Positions 29,805 through 39,500 of a DNA stretch of 64,000 nucleotides are shown here, one piece after another. The position numbers and the translations under genes were made by a program. The notes below the pieces were generated by a model. That model saw nothing but the letters and a program-made list of their open reading frames with translations, was not told where the DNA came from and made no database searches. Every line of letters begins with the position of its first letter. Positions within the stretch are counted from its first letter, which is position 1. Origin of the DNA: a virus (taxonomy: Duplodnaviria > Caudoviricetes); IMG/VR virus record IMGVR_UViG_3300021400_001148, positions 64,001 to 128,000 of that record, one strand, 5' to 3'.

Positions 29805-30090
29805 CACAGATAGACTGATTGCTGAGATAGAAAGACGAAAGAAAGAGAGAAGAGAATTTGTACAAAAGCGCGGGCTTTCGTCTCTTGGTAATGCTGCTCA
29901 AATTAGGGCAAACGAAGATGAGGAGATTCTTTCCCTCATCGTATCTCTCCAGAAGGAGCAGCCGGAGGTGGGTTTAGAGGAAGAAGTTAAGAGGTGGAAG
30001 GATAAACACGGAGTGGTTGGTATGGATGATTTGTGGCTCAAATTTGCATGTCACTTCTACGAACTTGGCCTTAACGCAAGAAAGAAATGA
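29791..30090 (+). CDS. family B protein
   Basis: MKYINTDRLIAEIERRKKE..EQPEV..FYELGLNARK. Confidence 0.75.
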   Translation: MKYINTDRLIAEIERRKKERREFVQKRGLSSLGNAAQIRANEDEEILSLIVSLQKEQPEVGLEEEVKRWKDKHGVVGMDDLWLKFACHFYELGLNARKK

Positions 30091-30250
30091 GTAACTATTA
30101 TTGTTTGTATTGTGAGTATTACAAGCCGACACAATGCGGTTCAGAAAATACCGAGCCGGAGGGTATATGTTGCAATCCGGACACGGCAATAGACCGTGTA
30201 TATGGTCATGAATGTTGTGAATACTATGACGCAAGAAAAGAGGAAAGTAA

Positions 30251-30967
30251 ATGAAATACATTGATGCAGATAAACTGAAAGTTAAGATAAAGGGGCTACA
30301 ATGCGAGCAAGGGTTTGATACCGGAGAGGCGGAAAGTGCCTATCAACTTGCTACAAAAGACATTCTTGTTTTCATTGACTCTCTCCAGCAGGAGCAGCCC
30401 GCAGAGTCTGACGTGATAAAAGGTGGAGACTTTATTAGCGATGGGAAAAGAGTCTTTCTTGTTCTTGCAAATGTGGAAGAAAGAAATCTCGGAGAAACAG
30501 GCTCAACCTTCTGCGAAGGTCATATTCTCGGCGTTGATGGTGTTGTGTATTGTAATGGGGACAACTTTATAAAGTTTAAGCGAGCAACCTCGAATGAAAG
30601 AGCAAAGTTTATTCATGATTTGAAGGTCGGGGTTGAACTTAAAGAGCAGCCGGCAGAGTGGAGCAAGGAAGATGAGATATTCTTGGGGGTCTGCAAGAAT
30701 GCCCTCAGTAAATATGAGCGTTCTGATAAGTGGGATGCCAGCATCATTTCAGAGTGGCTTGAAAATCGCCTCAAATCCTTCCGTCCCATGCCAAAGCAGG
30801 AGCAGCCGGAGGTGGATTTGGGGAAGTTTGATAAGGATGTGACTAAAATTTGGGGTAGATGTGCAGCCGAACCAAATGATTCAATCGCTTGTCTTCATAT
30901 TGAAACTTTTAATGAAGTTGCTCGCCATTTCTACGAACTTGGTTTTAATACAAGAAAGGGGGATTGA
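30251..30967 (+). CDS. family B/F chimera
   Basis: Family B termini enclose an F-type EWSKEDE...WLENRLKS.RP module. Confidence 0.7.
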   Translation: MKYIDADKLKVKIKGLQCEQGFDTGEAESAYQLATKDILVFIDSLQQEQPAESDVIKGGDFISDGKRVFLVLANVEERNLGETGSTFCEGHILGVDGVVYCNGDNFIKFKRATSNERAKFIHDLKVGVELKEQPAEWSKEDEIFLGVCKNALSKYERSDKWDASIISEWLENRLKSFRPMPKQEQPEVDLGKFDKDVTKIWGRCAAEPNDSIACLHIETFNEVARHFYELGFNTRKGD

Positions 30968-30968
30968 T

Positions 30969-31145
30969 ATGGCACATTGGTTTAAATGCCCTCATTGTGG
31001 TAGGGGCGTTTGTGATGAAATGGGCGAAAATCTCGTGGATTACGAAGAGGGTCTGTATAGATGTACCGAATGTGGTGGTATTATATCCACTGATGATGAT
31101 ACGATAGACTATGAAGAATATGCAAAAATTGAAAATCTAATATAG
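30969..31145 (+). CDS. small zinc-ribbon protein
   Basis: CPHC...CTEC. Confidence 0.6.
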   Translation: MAHWFKCPHCGRGVCDEMGENLVDYEEGLYRCTECGGIISTDDDTIDYEEYAKIENLI

Positions 31146-31177
31146 TTATAATGCAAGAATGGCAAATTCTAAAAACA

Positions 31178-31201
31178 AAGGGGTGGTTAATTCCACCCCT
31201 T
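31178..31201. terminator. hairpin between convergent transcription units
   Basis: AAGGGGTGG-TTAATT-CCACCCCTT with A/T-rich flanks. Confidence 0.7.
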
Positions 31202-31206
31202 ATTCG

Positions 31207-31497
31207 TTAAGGTATAAACAGCCATACCAAAGCCCCCACCACATTGTATAAGAAACAAACGTACCATTTGATGGGCCAGTTAATATCAACGTCTTTTGTA
31301 TGGCTCTTCCATAAGCCTAAAAGATATAAGGCATTGTGGGTTGCCCATTCGAATTTCATTGATATTCTTTTACGATGCTGAAAAACAAGGCACTCAGGAT
31401 GCTCTTTCTCAACGTCATCAAGTATCGCATCAAAGTTTTTCTTGGAAACCCCGTACGAGTCGTCAATGTGAATGTTGTTGGGTGTTACTGTTATCAT
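31207..31497 (-). CDS. hypothetical protein with C-terminal TM segment
   Basis: EWATHN motif, hydrophobic tail. Confidence 0.6.
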   Translation of the reverse strand: MITVTPNNIHIDDSYGVSKKNFDAILDDVEKEHPECLVFQHRKRISMKFEWATHNALYLLGLWKSHTKDVDINWPIKWYVCFLYNVVGALVWLFIP

Positions 31498-31525
31498 ATT
31501 TTTTGAATGTTTTACTTTTATTCCG

Positions 31526-31611
31526 TTAGATGCTTATTACCTGACTGTTTGCAGGCTGATAGGTAACAGGGATGATGTCTATCTGCAATCTATTACTTGA
31601 AGACGTTCCCT
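31526..31611 (-). pseudogene. orphan copy of the 3' end of the 34643-36157 gene
   Basis: Encodes GTSSSNRLQIDIIPVTYQPANSQVISI* versus GTSSSNRLQIDITPQIGATASVTYQPADSQIINI*; an in-frame stop precedes it. Confidence 0.75.
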
Positions 31612-31636
31612 ACAAAATTGCAAATAATAACTATAA

Positions 31637-31948
31637 TTACGGGAGGCCCGATGAATTTGTAAGTTCTACAACCGTAGGAACACCGTTCACAAACGAACTA
31701 AACATCAGTGCGTCGTGATTAGCACCATAACGTGTGACTAATTCCGATGATATCGCATACAGTGTATTATTGTTAGAATATTGCCAACGAGTGACAGGTA
31801 TTTCTTCTACATTATTTCCACTTTTTAAATAAAGAATGGGAGGGGCATTTGTTAAGTCGGACATATCAAATCCCTCGCCAACCTCAACAAGACTACATCT
31901 ATAAGAATCTGTTACTACTGGTGGTACTACTGGGTCTATTACTGGCAT
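31637..31948 (-). CDS. hypothetical tail-region protein
   Basis: AGGAGG upstream of the ATG. Confidence 0.6.
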   Translation of the reverse strand: MPVIDPVVPPVVTDSYRCSLVEVGEGFDMSDLTNAPPILYLKSGNNVEEIPVTRWQYSNNNTLYAISSELVTRYGANHDALMFSSFVNGVPTVVELTNSSGLP

Positions 31949-31961
31949 ATCGTTTCCTCCT

Positions 31962-32102
31962 TTAATTTGTGGAGCTTCCGCCCTCGTGATTTGATATTTT
32001 TATTATCTCTACTGTAATGTAATTGAGGTTCTCTTCCGGCTCAGTGATTTCCTCTTTTGCGTTTCCTACTAATATCTCTCCAAAGTATATCTTTCCTGTC
32101 AT
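31962..32102 (-). CDS. 46-aa protein with KIYFGEILV motif
   Basis: Manual translation MTGKIYFGEILVGNAKEE...; not in the ORF track. Confidence 0.5.
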   Translation of the reverse strand: MTGKIYFGEILVGNAKEEITEPEENLNYITVEIIKISNHEGGSSTN

Positions 32103-32105
32103 ATG

Positions 32106-32516
32106 TTATTTCCATTTTTTATTCTTGTAGTCATAATCGGAGAACATAATACCTCCCATAGCATAATCAATATCACTTGCTGACATAGATTCTATTTGTT
32201 CAAGACTACGCTTATTGTCCGGGCTGCCGAGTCCAATCTCAGTAAGATTCTTAGCCCGCATAAACTCAAGAATCTTAAGACGCTGCTCATCGGATAAAAC
32301 ATAAATCTGCCAGGATTTTGCAACGCGTAACAAGGAATACTTTACATAGCCATACCTCTCAATTACCGAACTTTGATATCCGTGGTCTTGAGCAATCTGA
32401 GCCGCAATCTTTTCGTGGTCAGAAGAACCATAGATATAGTCGGAATATCCCCACACCTCTCCATCGGGGGCTATCCATCCAATTTCTGTTTTTGTTATAT
32501 CTTTTAATATTTCCAT
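32106..32516 (-). CDS. hypothetical protein (GWIAPDG motif)
   Basis: GWI.PDG...H pattern; packed between its neighbours. Confidence 0.6.
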   Translation of the reverse strand: MEILKDITKTEIGWIAPDGEVWGYSDYIYGSSDHEKIAAQIAQDHGYQSSVIERYGYVKYSLLRVAKSWQIYVLSDEQRLKILEFMRAKNLTEIGLGSPDNKRSLEQIESMSASDIDYAMGGIMFSDYDYKNKKWK

Positions 32517-32517
32517 A

Positions 32518-33717
32518 CTATTTTGCAATATTTTCTCTAAATTTCACATAATCAACCGTCTCTTCGATTGGAATAGTCTGTTCTCCAAGACGCAAGCCAT
32601 TATACCACTTTCTATCAATCATACCCTCATATGCATCAAAAGGAACTATTTCCCTCTCTTGCTTGACATATTTCATTGCGGGATACGTTCTTACATCCTG
32701 AATCGGGTAAAGATTCGAATACCTGCAAGAAGTAAGAATACCATTAGCATAGAGATTCATATGATAATCGGTAATAAGATTATAGTATTCAACCTCTTCC
32801 TGAATAGTTTCTGCGGATACTACTTTCACAATCATTCCGTTTTGCCTGAATGTATGTTTACCAACCATGTCAACAGCATAAGTGAAAGCATTATCTTCTA
32901 AACACAGAAGTCTATGGCATTTTCCGTTAGAACCGACAAGATTCAAAATAGTACCATCTGAAAGAGTTATCTTGTGATACTCGTTTGTAACCATTGCTTT
33001 CGATATCCAGAGAGGTTTAGCACTTGCCACCTTGCCGTTATCGAAATCCCATACAAGAAGGTTATCATCATATGTGATATCTTCAACATTTTTCTTTACT
33101 CCATCAGATAGAGTAATTTTTGTTCCCCGGACAAAACATGGGCAATAACCATATTGAATCCAAAAACTATCAAATTCGTATGAGCCATCTTGAAAATGCC
33201 AACCGATATGAATATATCTCAAAGAATTACTCCATGAGGCAACAGCGCTCCCACCAAACTCACACCCATATGTTTTTCCATCAGTGAGGAAATCAAATAT
33301 GGTTCGATTAACCACAATATTCTTGGTCTCAACCTCAGTAATAAAAGGATTTGCTATTTGAGTTGTGCTTGTTTGCGTTGAACTATACCTAAAAGTATTA
33401 TAGGGCGAGTTTTCATTACATATAGCCTCTATACCTACACATAGGAAAGTAGCCCCAATTGGTTCTTCACTAAACTGATAAGTATGTGTGAACGATGGAT
33501 GATTTGTATCATACCCTGTAAAATCAGTAGCAACAATAATCCTTCCGTTTAGTTTGTTTAGCACCTTACTGCTACCCCCACCACCTCCACCACTTACATT
33601 CACCACAGCCTGTTCATACTCGCTGACATCGTGAGTTCCGTTCTCGGTAATGGTTACGCTACCTTCACTTGGCTTAGACACCAAGATATCACCTAAATAT
33701 ATTTTTCCTTTACTCAT
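32518..33717 (-). CDS. tail-associated protein with Hint (intein-like) domain
   Basis: CFVRGTKITLSDG..K.VEDI (block A) and YYNL......YANGILTS (blocks F/G); N-terminal ITENGTHDV repeat. Confidence 0.75.
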   Translation of the reverse strand: MSKGKIYLGDILVSKPSEGSVTITENGTHDVSEYEQAVVNVSGGGGGGSSKVLNKLNGRIIVATDFTGYDTNHPSFTHTYQFSEEPIGATFLCVGIEAICNENSPYNTFRYSSTQTSTTQIANPFITEVETKNIVVNRTIFDFLTDGKTYGCEFGGSAVASWSNSLRYIHIGWHFQDGSYEFDSFWIQYGYCPCFVRGTKITLSDGVKKNVEDITYDDNLLVWDFDNGKVASAKPLWISKAMVTNEYHKITLSDGTILNLVGSNGKCHRLLCLEDNAFTYAVDMVGKHTFRQNGMIVKVVSAETIQEEVEYYNLITDYHMNLYANGILTSCRYSNLYPIQDVRTYPAMKYVKQEREIVPFDAYEGMIDRKWYNGLRLGEQTIPIEETVDYVKFRENIAK

Positions 33718-33811
33718 TATTGTATCTCCTGTTCCGTGTTATATCCATAATTAATCCCGTGTTTTTTCCTATAAGAATATTTCCGAAATATGCTTTTTCT
33801 AATGTACTCAT
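33710..33811 (-). CDS. 33-aa ORF with KAYFGNILI motif
   Basis: Manual translation; overlaps the start of the next gene. Confidence 0.4.
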   Translation of the reverse strand: MSTLEKAYFGNILIGKNTGLIMDITRNRRYNNE

Positions 33812-33826
33812 TGTTACTTTACTTGA

Positions 33827-34426
33827 TTAATCCTCTGTTAAATAGAATGTTATTAAATCTGAAGAATTTACAGTGAAATAGCTTGACATAACGCTTTCTG
33901 CATTAAGAATAGGTAAACTCTTTGATTGCACAGTTATCGTTTGGCTCGATATTTTAGAACCAGTTTTGCTAATAACTATGTCTATCACACTATTGTTATA
34001 ACTAAAATAGTAAGACGTGGGTTCACCCTGCCCTAAAATATTACTTAGAAAATCATAAACACCTTCAATTGTTGCAGTGTAAGTGCCAGAAGCGCTCGTT
34101 CCAGCCGAGTTAACAACACATGCTACGTTCTCATACCATCCAACGATAGGGTCATCTTGTGTACCTGTACCGGTAAGTGGAAAAGGGTTTGGTTTAACTA
34201 TATATAAAGTAGTAGCATCCTTCGTGGTAAGAGCGGCATATTCACTTTCAGTAAGTGCTACTATAGAACTTACGCCATGTGAAGTAAAAGCGTTTATTTT
34301 ATTTAACAAAGATTGTATAACTTCATGAAGTGGGCTAGATGAGTCAGGATTATTTCCAGTATAATCACCGACGCCCTTAATATATACATCACCATTGAAT
34401 CCCTGATTTCCTGTTAATTTACTCAT
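33827..34426 (-). CDS. tail-fibre-associated protein
   Basis: LTESEYAALTTKDATTLYIV motif; NGDVYIKGVGDYTG module shared with the 1900-aa protein. Confidence 0.65.
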   Translation of the reverse strand: MSKLTGNQGFNGDVYIKGVGDYTGNNPDSSSPLHEVIQSLLNKINAFTSHGVSSIVALTESEYAALTTKDATTLYIVKPNPFPLTGTGTQDDPIVGWYENVACVVNSAGTSASGTYTATIEGVYDFLSNILGQGEPTSYYFSYNNSVIDIVISKTGSKISSQTITVQSKSLPILNAESVMSSYFTVNSSDLITFYLTED

Positions 34427-34432
34427 ATCTTA

Positions 34433-34612
34433 TTACACGTTTTTTTCTTTTTCCTTATTATCTTCAGGGTTGGGATTGTCTACTTCTTCATAGTTTTCAA
34501 TGCTGTCGGCATCTCCCAAATCCAAGCCATTGCCCATAATGAAACCATCTGCCTTGCGACGGAATACTTTTCCCTCATTACAGTAATATTGTCTGTTGTT
34601 TTCTGTTTTCAT
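34433..34612 (-). CDS. 59-aa putative tail-fibre chaperone
   Basis: Manual translation MKTENN..EGKVFRRKADG..LG..DSIENYEEVD; lies directly after a fibre gene. Confidence 0.55.
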   Translation of the reverse strand: MKTENNRQYYCNEGKVFRRKADGFIMGNGLDLGDADSIENYEEVDNPNPEDNKEKEKNV

Positions 34613-34642
34613 ATCTTTTGAATGTTCTATTTCCCTTTATGG

Positions 34643-36157
34643 CTAGATGTTTATTATCTGACTGTCTGCTGGCTGATAGGTAACACTTGCTGTTGCACCA
34701 ATCTGAGGAGTGATGTCTATCTGTAATCTATTACTTGAAGATGTTCCCTTCACACCCAAGCCAATCTTAATGTTTCTACAATAGTTTGTACTACTTGTTG
34801 TTCCTGTGCAGTAGGCATTAACATTTTGAACGCCATTTTCAACAATGAGATATTCTATGTAACCCTTTGTTTGTGCTGATGTTGTGGCACCCGTTGCATT
34901 GCCAGTGATGAACCATTGAACAGATTCACCGAAGGTGCTGGAGTGGCAATGGTCCCCAAAGGTGTTGGAGACGCAGCTGTTTCCAAAGGTGTTGTAGTAG
35001 CAGAAGTACCCAAAGGTATTACCGTTGCAGTTTGCCCCAAAGGTGTTGGATAAGCATCTGCTCGCAAAAGTGTTGGTGCTGCATCTGTTTCCAAAAGCGT
35101 TGGACTGGCAGTCGTTTCCAAAAGTGTTGGACTGGCAGTCGTTTCCAAAAGTGTTGGAGTGGCAGCCGTTTCCAAAAGTGTTGGAGTGGCAGCTGTTTCT
35201 AAAAGTGTTGGAGTTGCAGCTGTTTCCAAAAGTGTTGGAGTAGCAGAAGTGCCCAAAGGTATTACTGTTGCAGTTTGTCCCAAAGGTGTTGGAGACGCAG
35301 TTGTTTCCAAAGGTGTTGTAGTAACAACTGTGTCCAAAGGTGTTGGAGTAGCAACCACTTTCAAGCCTATTCGCATAGCATCCATAAAATGCACCATCTC
35401 TAAATTCATATGTTGATATAAAGCAGTTATTACTCAAAGCAAATGTAAATGATGACGGACTGTCAGGGTACAACTCATAAGGACTAAAACTTTCAATCTT
35501 ATTATCAAAAACACCATTATACTGACCTTCATCATTCGGCAATGCCTGTCCAACGATTGAAAGGTCTTCTATTTCATCATGCGCATTTATCCAAGTAAAT
35601 GTATAATACCAATAAGTCGTAGCAGTATCAACAGTGATACCTTTCGCACCATTTATTGAATATTGGCCTACCAAATCCGGTGCTTTCTGACAAGCAGTGA
35701 TTTTATATCTTGGGAACTGAATGTTCTTAAAGTCATAAGGACACTCATTATTCCACTCATCTTTCATATAGTAGATAACGCCACGCCCAGTCGCACCGGT
35801 AACGGCCCAATAAAATCTCTTATCATCATTGTCCAGACTATATTTAATCTCCCAAGCGTTTAGATTTGCACCGGCAGATGAGAAATATGTATCCCCTTCG
35901 TGCAGACAAGCCCTTGCGTTCTCGTTGAGTGTATGGTTATCGTCAGCAACGACAATAATATCAAACTGATGTCCTGCTGACTGAGTATCTTCTTGCACAG
36001 TTGTACAATTATAATCTGTTATACGATACTGCGTGCCCTTTACTAACTTTTTGGAATCTCTGAGGGATACCAACTCACTCCACGTAACGTCTTTTAATAT
36101 AAGTTTTTCAGTCACGCTTTTCAGTGAATCAATAACGAATTGTCTAATTGATGGCAT
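34643..36157 (-). CDS. tail fibre/receptor-binding-like protein with 11-aa NTFGxxC repeats
   Basis: W.EL..LRD...L..G.QYRITDY, NNECPYDFKNIQF and about 13 NTFG repeats (33-bp units, ~34930-35350). Confidence 0.7.
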   Translation of the reverse strand: MPSIRQFVIDSLKSVTEKLILKDVTWSELVSLRDSKKLVKGTQYRITDYNCTTVQEDTQSAGHQFDIIVVADDNHTLNENARACLHEGDTYFSSAGANLNAWEIKYSLDNDDKRFYWAVTGATGRGVIYYMKDEWNNECPYDFKNIQFPRYKITACQKAPDLVGQYSINGAKGITVDTATTYWYYTFTWINAHDEIEDLSIVGQALPNDEGQYNGVFDNKIESFSPYELYPDSPSSFTFALSNNCFISTYEFRDGAFYGCYANRLESGCYSNTFGHSCYYNTFGNNCVSNTFGTNCNSNTFGHFCYSNTFGNSCNSNTFRNSCHSNTFGNGCHSNTFGNDCQSNTFGNDCQSNAFGNRCSTNTFASRCLSNTFGANCNGNTFGYFCYYNTFGNSCVSNTFGDHCHSSTFGESVQWFITGNATGATTSAQTKGYIEYLIVENGVQNVNAYCTGTTSSTNYCRNIKIGLGVKGTSSSNRLQIDITPQIGATASVTYQPADSQIINI

Positions 36158-36588
36158 TATCTTGTCTCCTTATACTTTTTAAACGCTTTTTCTTTTTGTC
36201 CTGCTGTAAGGAAAAAGCCATTATTTTCAATGTAAGATTCATATATTATTTTTTCATATGCATGTTTTTCGTCAATTTCATCGAATTTTCCACTAAACTC
36301 TTTTAAGTCTTCGATTGTAAAGCCGAGGTATTCGACGAACTCCGGTACCAGAAATTTACCCGCCACCATTGGGAGTTTCGAGTTCTTCACATCTTTTTTG
36401 AAATCGTCTTTTGACATGTTTCTAAAAAAGAAAACATCTTTACCATGAAGTCCTCTACATTGGATAGAATTCCCTTTAAACGAGAATGTATCCATGATAC
36501 ATAATTCATCCACATCTTTCGGCTCAAACCCATCCATGCCACCAAAAAACACGCAACTGCCTATTCTAAAAGTTTTAATCGGTTTCAT
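36157..36588 (-). CDS. hypothetical protein, possible nucleotidyltransferase fold
   Basis: IGS.......KDVDE motif. Confidence 0.5.
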   Translation of the reverse strand: MKPIKTFRIGSCVFFGGMDGFEPKDVDELCIMDTFSFKGNSIQCRGLHGKDVFFFRNMSKDDFKKDVKNSKLPMVAGKFLVPEFVEYLGFTIEDLKEFSGKFDEIDEKHAYEKIIYESYIENNGFFLTAGQKEKAFKKYKETR

Positions 36589-36599
36589 AACTTTTCATT

Positions 36600-39500
36600 C
36601 TATTCAATCGCAATTATTGTTGAATACTTATTCGAGGGGTCCTCCCCTTCATAGTCACCCACACCTTCACCTTCTATCCACCTTACGACAAATGGACTAT
36701 ATGGTGTATTGATGTTATGTCCATCACATTCAAGAGTATGTGGATACAGGTCTTGGTATGTCATGTCCATTGGTAATAAACCGCCGTACATGTTTGAGCT
36801 ACCATCTGCGTAAAATTTGTATTCCACTCCCTCATATTCCACTGTTACTCCAACATCTTCCCAATATTGGTCGGGGTTATCATTATCTCTCACTGCTTGT
36901 ATGTAGTTATCCATTGTATCAACTCCGGCGTTATGCATTGACATGTACAAGCCATACTCATGGAAATCATCAAAATATATTTTTGCTATCGCAGAAGAAT
37001 GTTCTTGAATTGGTGTGCTTGAGTATTCCAATGTTTTAACGCATATTAACCTATAATCTACGTCAAGGTTATCGGTATATATATCACCCATCTCGTCCGG
37101 ACTACCATTAAATACAACAGCAAAAGGACAATAATGGTTATTCACGTTTGCTTCCATAGAGTTATTGTACAATGTTGTGTAGTCAAGATTTTTCGGTGCC
37201 AAGGCGTATATACTGTTTCGATTTTCGCCAGCGTTAAATCCCACCCACACGCGATATTCCGCGCCTTCATATTCCATAACATTGCAAGTCGGCATAAATA
37301 TATTCGTTCCCACATGGTCGGCGGCACTCATATTGTTGCAAACATCAGAGATATATTCCTGAATATTATTATAGCCAGATTCCTCTGCATATGTATTGCC
37401 ACCTTGTCCATCTTCAAAGTCATCAATATATAACGCGGCTATGTATCCACCACTAGCATCACCTTCGGTTCCTAAAATATAATCTAATTCAGACAATGAT
37501 AAACTTCTTATTTCACTTATATCGGCAAAGATTTTTTGCAAACTGTTATTAGAAGAAGGATTTGTCCCATTGTATCCACCAACCCCATAGAGGTAAGCGT
37601 TACCGTTCTGCATTATTTCAAAGGCGTTTTTGGTATCCGCCGTAGACGTACCAATACCAATAGAATGCTGAGTATTTCCTGAGTGACCGTAATCGAGTGA
37701 AAAAGTGTTGGATTTATTGAAATATCCCTCTGCATGCTCAAAAAGGTTCCGTGTTGTTGTGTTGGCACCTTCCGCATGAGAATAACCTCCGTTTGCTGTT
37801 GTACGATAACCTTCCGCATGAGAACAAGTGGCACTTGCTTTTGTGCGGTCACCTTCTGCATGAGAGGTATACCCGCTCGCCCTTGTGATATTTCCTTCGG
37901 CATGGGAAAAATTACCACTTGCAATTGTGGCGACTCCTTCCGCATGAGAATTCTCACCACTTGCGATTGCGCCATTACCTTCTGCATGAGAGGTATACGC
38001 GCTCGCCCTTGTGTTATTTCCTTCGGCATGGGAAAAATTACCACTTGCGATTGCGCAATAACCTTCTGCATGAGAGGTTGTTCCAGATGCAGTGGTGTCT
38101 TGTCCTTCTGCGTGAGAATACCAACCGAGTGCCTTGACAGACAATCCTTCCGCATGGGAATAATTACCGGCAGCATAATTGGCACTATCTGTGTCCATGG
38201 ATTCAGTATAATATTCAACCCCGGTGCTTAATGTCGCGCCACTCGCATTGAATAATACACCAAATATGTAAGTTTCGTCAACTTGTACTTCGGAGTCACA
38301 AAATACTGCATCAGTTATGACAGCAATTGGATGCTCGTGGTCACTATTTAAGTATACCATTGAACCGTCACGGGGACTATTCCAATCTCCCCAAAAATAA
38401 TATTCGAAAGACCTACCATAATGTTGCTGGATTGCCTGTTTTTCGTTATCGGTAAGTTCGGTTATTTGTGATTCAATGGTACTAATTTCACCGGAGCCTT
38501 CAGCGACCGCAAATTCACCCGACGCGATTGAATTACTTCGGCGCAATACAGCACTATGTTCACCCGTTCCCGCTTCAAATACATTCCCAGTATCCAAATT
38601 TCCAGAACCGAGGATTGAAACCCCATTAACAGTCTTGATATTTGTTCCACTGACGAGAGTATCTTGCTTCCCACTCACGACATTTTGCAATGTATTTGAG
38701 GTGCTTGCTGTTGCATTGGTACCATCATAACCACCGACGCCATATAAGTAAGTGTCACCATTCTGCATTATTTCAAAGGCATTCTTAGTATCAGCAGTTG
38801 ATGCACCAATGCCTATCGAATGTTGCGTGTTACCTGAATCGCCGTAGGTGTTAGAGGATTTATTGGATTTGTTGTAGCGTCCCTCTGCGTGTTCAGCCTC
38901 GTTTTGGGCTGTCGCATGTTCCCCTTCTGCATGAGAGCCGTATCCGGATGCCGTTGTCCCGACTCCTTCTGCATGAGAGCCGTATCCGGATGCCGTTGTC
39001 CCGACTCCTTCTGCATGAGAGCAGTATCCGAATGCCTTTGTCTCGTCTCCTTCTGCATGAGAGCATGTGTTGGATGCTGTCGTGTAACTACCTTCCGCAT
39101 GAGAGGATACCCCAGATGCTGTTGTGTGGTCACCTTCTGCATGAGAACCTGACCCGGATGCTGTCGCATGTTCCCCTTCTGCATGAGAGCCTGACCCGGA
39201 TGCTGTTGTTGCATTGCCTTCCGCATGCGATGCTCTACCAGTGGCGAAAGTTTTTTCACCTTCCGTATGTGATGCGATTGCTTGTGCTAGTGTTGCATTT
39301 CCTTCTGCATGAGCATAAGCACCAACTTTGGTATATGTTCCACCACTTAATGTGTTCTGGCTATCATTTCCACCAGTCTTTGTGTTAAATCCTTCGGTGT
39401 GTGAATCCTGCCCAGTAGCTTGTGTATTTTCACCTTCTGCATGTGCAGCCTGATTTAAGCTCATGGAACCTTGTCCTTCTGCGTGAGAGTAAAAGGCAAC

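Noticed and set aside
31526-36157. Diversity-generating retroelement (31526 fragment as template, NTFG gene as target)
   Set aside because: Mismatches are not restricted to adenines of one copy, there is an internal deletion, and the window has no reverse transcriptase.
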